Assembly: GCF_009914755.1 (NCBI RefSeq)
Contig: NC_060931.1
Source of the DNA: the human T2T-CHM13v2.0 reference genome, Homo sapiens
Reading direction: 5' to 3' (one strand)
Length of the DNA stretch: 64,000 nt
Both the position numbers and the translations under genes were made by a program. Below, one piece after another: positions 55,811 through 64,000 of the stretch. The notes beneath the pieces were generated by a model. That model made no database searches and was not told the DNA's origin. It saw only the letters and a program-made list of their open reading frames with translations. Every line of letters begins with the position of its first letter. The stretch's first letter is position 1.

Positions 55811-57494
55811 GGGAAACTAAAGACTCTTTTGCACATCAAAGCATTATTTATAGAAAACAGCAAAATAGCAAGCATATTTATATTGTTTTTTTCAATATTA
55901 ATATTACTAAACTGAAGTCTCTTCACACAACAGATATTCACAGGTGGTAATTACATGCAATCAACCATGCTAAGTGATGTTTTAAGTATTCCAAATTAAA
56001 ACTGTTAAAACATATAAATTATTGCTTGGAAAACAGAGAGTCTCTAAGGGCTCAATCTAACAATAAAACTTGGTCATAAATATATAAAGTCATACACTTA
56101 CTAGAATTATAGAATATTTAACATTGAAAAGAATATAGCAGAAGAAGCAATGAAATATATGTATTTTGCCATCATGTTCACTTATCTCAGTTAACCACAT
56201 TAAAAAATTCGGTTTAAAAGCTAACAATTGAGATGAAACACATCACAATCCAAAGAGCGTGAAAGAGCCTCATTGAATAATGAAGTTTATGATGGCTTTA
56301 GCCAAACAAAGTAAACCTACAGGTAACAATAAAATAATTTTCAAGTTCTTCCAGATAAATAGCAGAATACTTCAGCCACCCATGAAGAACATCTTAAAAC
56401 CACATGGTTCCATTAAAATAGAAAACATTCCAAAATGTGTGGATCTTGATAATATGGGTTAAAATAATTAAAATATAAGTGATATGTAACTCTCAAAAGG
56501 TAACTGAATGTCTTAGTTAATACAAAGTAATTAAATCAAATTTATACAAAATTAATTTACCCCCTTCAAATCAAGAGTATGTAATTTGTAATATACTATT
56601 GAGAACTGTGTGGCAAATATATAATTTTTAATGAAAGTAGTTCTCCTACCCCTGTGCCTGCCTTGTCCCCATTCCCACTCACACAGACCTTAAAAAAAGT
56701 TTCCTGGATTTCGGCCTGGGCTGCATCAGGCTTTAAATATTAGACAACCCAAGGAAACCTGAATGCAGAGTATAGAGTGACATTGTGTCTTCTGTGTGAC
56801 TGTTTTCCTTCTCTGCATTATAATTCCAGCTCTGTACTTTCCTGCCTTGAAATCTTACCTTCCCAGCTTCTTCCCACACAGTTCTCTTGGATCACTTTTT
56901 TTTTTTTGCCATTAACACCTGATCTCAGTCCCTTTGTCTTCCTTTGAATTGAGCAGTATAGTGCTATAATAATTTAAAACATGGCTTTAGCTATGAAATA
57001 AAGAGAGCCCTTTCTCTAAATAAAACTGAGCCTTAACATACTAATATCTCTATGACCCATGATTAAGTTTTGCCTACCATAAAAATTAAATAAACAGTGT
57101 AAGTGTATCTTTTCAAAAGAAGAACAAATGGAAACGACTCAAGAGCTCCTGGTCATGGGAGGGGGGAAAGGCCGATAGTAAAACAGTGAAATTTCATGAG
57201 AATGGGAGGCAAGGAAGTGAAAATAGACTTCCATTTATTTCAGATTTCTTCTTAGGAAGAGCCCTGGGTGTTTGAGTCTTGCAAGGCTTTCATTCTGGGT
57301 GTTCACAGCTGTACTGAGCTCCTGCTCAGTCCCACGTGTTGTTACAGGCACTGGCCATGCCACAGTGAACAAGGCTGCAAGATCAGCAGGCCAAATATAT
57401 TTATTTCCATTTAACAGAAAAGAGAACCCAGGGAGCTTGCCCAAGTGATTTTCCTGAGGTTCTTAGGGATGGTTTTGACAGAACTGCATCAAGA

Positions 57495-57958
57495 ATGAAC
57501 TTGTCATTTCTGACAGCATGGATAAACATGGAGAGAACTGTTAAGTAAAATAAACCGGACACAGAAAGACCAATACTGCACAATCTCACTTATATGTGGA
57601 ATCTTAAAAAGTTGAACTCAGAGGTAGAGAGATTAGAAGGGTGGTTACCAGGGGGGCTTGGGGAGTTCTTGGTTAAAAGATACAAAGTGTCAGTTAGACA
57701 GGGGGAATGTTTGGGACTTATATTATACAGCATGTGGATGATAGTTAATAACAATGTATTGTATTTTTGAAAACTGCCCAGAGAGTAGATTTTGAGGGTT
57801 CTCACCACAAAACATGGATAAGTATGTGCAGTGATGGATAAGTTAATAGGCCAGATTTAATCATTCCCCAATGTATAAATATATCAAAACATCATGTTGT
57901 ACCTTATGAATATAGAAAATTTAAAAAAATAAATACTTCACTATATACAATAAAAAAT
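57495..57958 (+). mobile_element. L1MA 3' fragment
   Basis: gcatggataaacatggag...ctcacttatatgtggaatcttaaaaagttgaactc. Confidence 0.85.
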
Positions 57959-58552
57959 AGAATTCAGAATTTCTCATTGCTCTTTGTGAACAGTAACTAC
58001 AATTTAGACCTTAGACATATGATTTTTATAAGACATTGTCGTATTTTCTTCCATCTTGTATCCATTTATCTTTGCTTCTGTTACTGCTTCACCATTTTTC
58101 TCTGTCCTTTCCTCTATTTTCAAGCACTTTTTGCACTTTGCTGCTGATATTGTATGTGTTGCTCAATCATTTTAAATACATAGACCCAGTCAGAAATTCC
58201 CATGATAATCTCTACCTTAAGTATGCTGACCACAGTGCCAGGAAGGCAGGAGGTGTGTCAGTACATTGCCTAAGTGCCTTGATCATGTGATCAGATACTG
58301 TGGCACAGGACAAAGGGAATAGAAGAAGCCCAAGGAACAAGGCAAAGTAAAGGGGAAAAGAAGAACTCACAGAACAGCTACCACATTGCACTGGAAGCCC
58401 AATAGATACAACCATGCTGTTATAGTTTGCTGATAGAAAGAGGTTTCAATAACACTCTGAATCTAATCATGTCAGAAGTTATTAGGCCACTTGATCCATG
58501 ATCAAAAGCAAGAAATAGGTACATATTTTGCAACATAGAGCATGCACCCTGA

Positions 58553-58554
<2 letters not shown>

Positions 58555-58604
<50 letters not shown>
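58555..58604 (+). repeat. Pure (TG)25 microsatellite
   Basis: Read directly. Confidence 0.97.
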
Positions 58605-58605
<1 letters not shown>

Positions 58606-59956
58606 AGGTGGGGGGGTTGTCTGGTGAACTCATTGATATTGTTTGTACTTCATTTTTATCTGAAATTCATTGCAGGTTTTGTCCCAAAGAATTATAGGAG
58701 GATTGGGAAAGTCTTAGAATGTTCTTTCATAAAATCTCTGACATGTCCCTTTTAAAAAATTGAAAGGAAAGGGGCTCCCCATTCATATTGGATTTTTCCT
58801 ATTTTGCACACCATTGTCTTCTGATCACCTCCAAAATCACTTTCCATTATCTTTACATATTTGGCAAAAAATGGGCGATCAGTACACTCTACTTTTATGT
58901 ACAACAAACATTAGAAAATGGCTGTGCTGAGGGATAGTTGAGAAAAGCACTAAGGTATCTTATCTGTCTCTTGTCAAAGAGCTAAACATTATGACATTTT
59001 AAAAAATAATCTCTGTTGTCAGAAGCTTTAATGTTATCAGTTACCTGTACCCAAGACTTTGGAAATAGTGTTAGTATTGCAAAAAGAGACATTCTGGGAA
59101 TGAGGTGTACAAAAGATGTCGGAATTTAGGATATAAGCTCATTCTGTTTATTTGCAGCTTGATTTCTCTAGGAAGGAAATGTATTCTCTTTTCATTTACC
59201 GAATCTTCCAGATAAAAGACAATTGTTCGTAAGCCATTCTGCTTGCTCTCTCCATCAAGTTCTTGGCCTTTGAAACTAGATTTTTATCAAAGCTGTACAA
59301 ATCTTGGATTTTGTAGATGATTTGGGAGAGGAAGGTACAAGAAGGAAAAAAACTGATCCAAGTCTATGAAGTCAATGATTTGAAGTACTATTTTGTATAA
59401 GTCTGTAAGGAATCTTCAATTGCTTAACCAATTCCCCCCAAATTGAATGAATACTAATTTTAAACTGAAGTAATACTCATAAGATAACTATAAAAACCAA
59501 TTTGTGAGACAGTTTCTTATACTAACATATGTAAATAAACATTTGCATTTTTATTGCTATACTCTTACATAAACTAAAAGTGTAAATATAACTCTGGCAG
59601 GTTATAATAACTCTGGCAGGTGTAACTATCTAAAGTGATATTTCCTTGGAACAATATTCAAACCGTTGTCTTTATATTGTGCTTCTAGTCATGATTTTCC
59701 ATTTTACATATTAGTAGTTTTTGTTATTTTCTCTATAAAGCTGAACACACTCTTTATAGATAATTAGGCAAATAATTAAAATGGAAAACATATATATATA
59801 TATATATATATCATTTATTCTGCTATCTAAGGATAATCACTCGATTTACCTTTGTATCTTTCTTTCCAGTGAGATACTTATTATTACTTGAGAGTGGCAC
59901 TTCGCAAAGAGCAACTATTGCATAGCATCAAAAAATTAAAAAAGAAAAAAAAAAAG

Positions 59957-60271
59957 GGCCGGGCGCGGTGGCTCACGTCTGTAATCCCAACATTTTGGGA
60001 GGCTGAGGCGGGTAGATCACCTGAGGTCAGGAGTTCGAGACCAGCCTGACCAACACGGAGAAACCCTGTCTCTACTAAAAATACAAAATTAGTGGGGCGT
60101 GGTGGTGCATGCTTGTAATCCCAGCTACTCAGGAGGCTGAGGCAGGAGAACCGCTTCAACCCAGGAGGCGGAAGTTGCGGTGAGCCAAGATCGCGTCATT
60201 GCACTCCAGCGTGGGCAACAAGAGCAAAACTCAGTCTTAAAAATAATAATAATAAAAATAATAATAATAAA
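59957..60271 (+). mobile_element. AluSp with (AAT)n tail
   Basis: cctgaccaacacggagaaaccc and ttgcggtgagcc. Confidence 0.92.
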
Positions 60272-60650
60272 TGTTATTAAAATTTTAAAGGGATCATAGA
60301 TTTAACATAGTTGTACTTCCTAAATTCATCATGACAATCTAATCCTCTTCATTCATTTAGGCTTTGCTTCTGCTGGATTCACTTTTTTATTTGGTTGGGG
60401 GAGAATTTTTCTGATTTTCCAAATACCTTTTACTATATTGCATTTTGTCTGCTATTCCTAGATATTGATGATAGCAAATATCTGCAGAGCATAGTAAAAA
60501 ACTTTGACTCGAATTTCAGGCCTTTTGTGCATGTCAAGTTCAAATTTATATAGTGATGAGTTCAAGACCAAGTTTAGAATCCATATAATTACAATCTAAC
60601 CTTTCAGGGCCCAGGATTCTAACACCTTTCATTCACAGATGAGAAAATGT

Positions 60651-60946
60651 GACTTGGGTGTGGTGGGTCATACCTGTAATCCCAGTGACACAGGAGGCTG
60701 AGGCAGGAGGATTGCTTGAGCCCAGGAGTTTGAGACCAGCCTAGGCAATATAGTGAGACCCCATATTTACAAAAAAGTAAAAATAAAACTTAGCTGAGAA
60801 TGGTGGCACATCATGTCTGTAATTTCAGTGATGGGAGTCTGAGGTGGGAGGATCACTTGAACCTAAGAGGTTGAGGCTACAGTGAGCAAGATTGCACCAC
60901 TGCACTCTAGCCTGAGTGACAGAGTGAACCCTATCTGAAAAAAAAA
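60651..60946 (+). mobile_element. AluJ
   Basis: ggattgcttgagcccaggagtttgagacc and gaggtgggaggatcacttg. Confidence 0.9.
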
Positions 60947-61789
60947 TGGGGCCTTTGATCTCAAAGGTTAATTGAGGCAGCTGAGTATTGAGAAGTCATT
61001 TGAGTGACAGTGTTTGGAAAATATCTGACAGTGTATGACAGATTCATGGATAATCTATTAGACAATTATTCTCCATTCAGAACTGAAGTTGTAAGGGTAA
61101 AAACAGCTGATAACCAAGATAAGGGAGGATATTATAATCAAACAACGTTTTGACATTTGGTGTCACTTGGTCTGGGAACAAGGATAAAGAATAATACCTG
61201 GATGATAAATAAGATAGCTTCCTCATCTAGTCAATAATCTGCACTGTAGTGTTCTTTACATGAGAGATTTAATGAGGCTTAAATGAAATGGTTAATGTGT
61301 TAGCTCTCTGACTGCTAATCAGATATATTATTGGGTACTTACTACTAAACACAATGATGACTGCAAAGCCATAATCATTTCTCTCCAGGGGCTTCTAATT
61401 TGTTGGCTAATGATAACTATAATCTGTAAGGGAGGCGTAGAAGTAGTGGTGGTACAAGAATAGGTATAAACTGCACAATGAGGGAACATAAGCCCTAAGT
61501 TATGCTTTGGACATAAAAGCTCAATGTGGTCAAAAGACCAAGAGTCTGATGGAGTCGGCTTCTAATTGCCGTAGAATCCTGAGCAAAGCATTTAGCTTTG
61601 TGTGTGACTTGAGGTGGCTCTATTAATTTCCATTTGTTTTGAATTAGTTACTTTATGCATGTGTGTGTCAGTCTGATTTTCATAATCACAATTCATCCAA
61701 AGATTTTCTCAAAAGTCAGACTTATCTAGAAAATCTATACCAAAGAAGTCACAAAGAATGGCTCGACGTTGGAGAGAATGCTGAGATCT

Positions 61790-61935
61790 AAGGGAAAAGA
61801 TACAACAGATCACAAGAAATTATTATGAACAATTATACGCTAGCAATTTGGAAAAACCTAGATGAAATGGATAAATTACTGAACATGTGCAATCTACCAA
61901 GATTGAATTATTAAGAAATCGAAAATCTGAACACA
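61790..61935 (+). mobile_element. Isolated L1 ORF2 internal fragment
   Basis: tatgaacaattatacgc...ctagatgaaatggataaatt...ctaccaagattgaat. Confidence 0.75.
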
Positions 61936-64000
61936 TCTATCTCTCAATTGCCTGTACTGGTACCTAGAAATGTGTTTTATTGCATTCCGTATTGAAACAA
62001 TTCATTCAGTCAATTTCATGGAAAGCCTTCAATGTAACAGGCCCTAAGATGAACAAGGGTAAACTGGCTAACGCTGAGTCATGACCTGCAAATAACTGCC
62101 AGACCTCCAAGGGAATTTATATTGTAATGGGCCAAAGCTTCTATTTAGCATTAAGGCAATGGAATAGAGTTTTTATTTGAGGTATCATCAAGAAAAGTAG
62201 ATGTGACAGTTTTGGATTCAGTGTTGTATATGATCTCTTTGATCCTGCAGATGTTTTAATACTACAATTAGCACACAGTAGCTAAATAAATCCAATCAGT
62301 TCTGTGTTGTGAATTAGCATGCATGTAATACAAACATAAAATTTAGCGACTGTTTTTTCCTAGTGACTTCGGACCTTGGTCATTGCAATTCTTATCTAAT
62401 CTCTGATTTAGCCTCCAAATTCCAATATTCAAATATCCGTTTATATCATGTCTGTCCTTTATGTTAAGGTTTTTAGACTGAATATCTAAAAGTGATTTAC
62501 TGCCCAAATGGCAAAATGTGGATAAACATTGAAGCTGAGGTATGATCACCTGGGCTCTATGTTATACCATTATCTCTACTCTCTAAGATGTCCACAACAT
62601 AAAGTTAAAAGACAAAAAATAATAATAAAAGATATTTTTAGATATTGTCCTTATGAACAAAATGAGTATAAAGTTGACTTGTAACTGTACAGGAAGAAAA
62701 GTTTACAGAAAGACTGAGTAGGCCTAACTGTATCTGCTGTCAATCAAAAAACACAAGTATCACAAATATTTTCTGCTTTATGAATTTTGCTTGCATTTAA
62801 TCCTTTACATGAAAGACAATCAGTCTCCTATGTTTCTAAGTTTCCTGGAAGGGGTAATGTCATATAAACCTTAATCAAGAGTTAGACCTTGAAATCTTAG
62901 CTGCTTAAATCACCCATTTCTATATCGTGTTCATTGTTATTAACTTAAAATTCAAATCCCACAGTTCTGTGTTTCATTTTTAGCACATCACTTCTGGTAG
63001 GGACCAGATGTTTCCTTTAGACTAGGTTATGGCTTCTTATTTGCTTCTCTTTTTTATCTTAAAATTTATACCTACTAATAGCTTCCATGAGGTCATTTGC
63101 AGGACATTACAGTATAGAGTCCTTGAGCTGGCAGCTTGGAATAATGTTTTAGGGACAAGGAAGGAAGCTCTAAGGGAAAAGTGTGGAAAGGGAAAGAGAA
63201 GGAGACAGACACAGTATATGGAGATACCAGATGAAGCTAAGAAAAAAATAGACAGCACACTCCAACTTGCTTAACTGTGATCTCCATGCAAAAAAAAAAA
63301 AAAAAAAAGTCTTACGGGGAAACATTCCAATTTGCATTGTAAGTGTATCTTAGTATTCAGGTAAACTTTTAATAATTGTCTTTAAAATACAGCTGAGTAT
63401 TTCCATGGCTTAATATTCTCCTTATAATATTAAATTTGTCTATTATGTATCATTTAAGGGGAAAAGCAAAAACACAGACAATGTTATTCTCTGTACTTCT
63501 TTTGATGTAAACAAAACAAAATATATAACTTCTAGATAAAAAGCGAACTAAAAATATTAGTGAAAGTCCCCAACCCTAATTTTAGGAGCTTCCAAAATTG
63601 CTTACAAGTGTGCTCTGTAATGCAAAAGATGTTCAAGTTTATGGATCAATTAGGACATTAAGATAATAAACCAGAATTAAACCAAGTATTAGCATATACT
63701 TTACATACTAATTTTGGTCAGAAACATTCCATCAAAGATTAAAATTTGGTATTACATCTACAAACAGTAAGGCAAGGGTTAATGTCACTATCCTGAGCTC
63801 ACTTCTTTCAGGAATCTATGACTACAGTCCCTAATTTTGATAATATATCAAACAAGTATGAACAGAAAATGTATAAGTTTTCTTTATCATCGAAGAGACT
63901 ATAGCAATGAGTTATTAAATGGCTATTTGAAATGTATCTCACACACAAATATAAAGATATCTTGTTATATAATATTAGGTCTTAGGTTTTATGCTAAAAA

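Overview
This is primate genomic DNA, most likely human, because it carries an AluYa5 insertion. It is AT-rich, intergenic or deep-intronic, and mostly interspersed repeats. I found no protein-coding gene, RNA gene or CRISPR array; the long ORFs in the track come from Alu, L1 and MaLR elements. The repeats include about 10 Alus, two full-length THE1 elements, solo LTRs (LTR3-like, MER11, MST/MLT1, LTR16-like, MER4-group, MER21), three large minus-strand L1s, and L2/MIR relics. Subfamily names come from recalled consensus features, not a database search. The most interesting signals are structural. (1) A full-length old L1PA appears to have carried an ~840-bp 3' transduction into an L1PB. (2) A 5'-clipped MER11 LTR is flanked by an ~163-bp direct duplication instead of a 6-bp target-site duplication (TSD). 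(3) An ~55-bp inverted repeat pair brackets an L2 relic. (4) A 28-bp copy of nearby L1 sequence sits between two hairpins. (5) There is a three-level MST > THE1 > LTR3 nest. I cannot support a novel gene system here.
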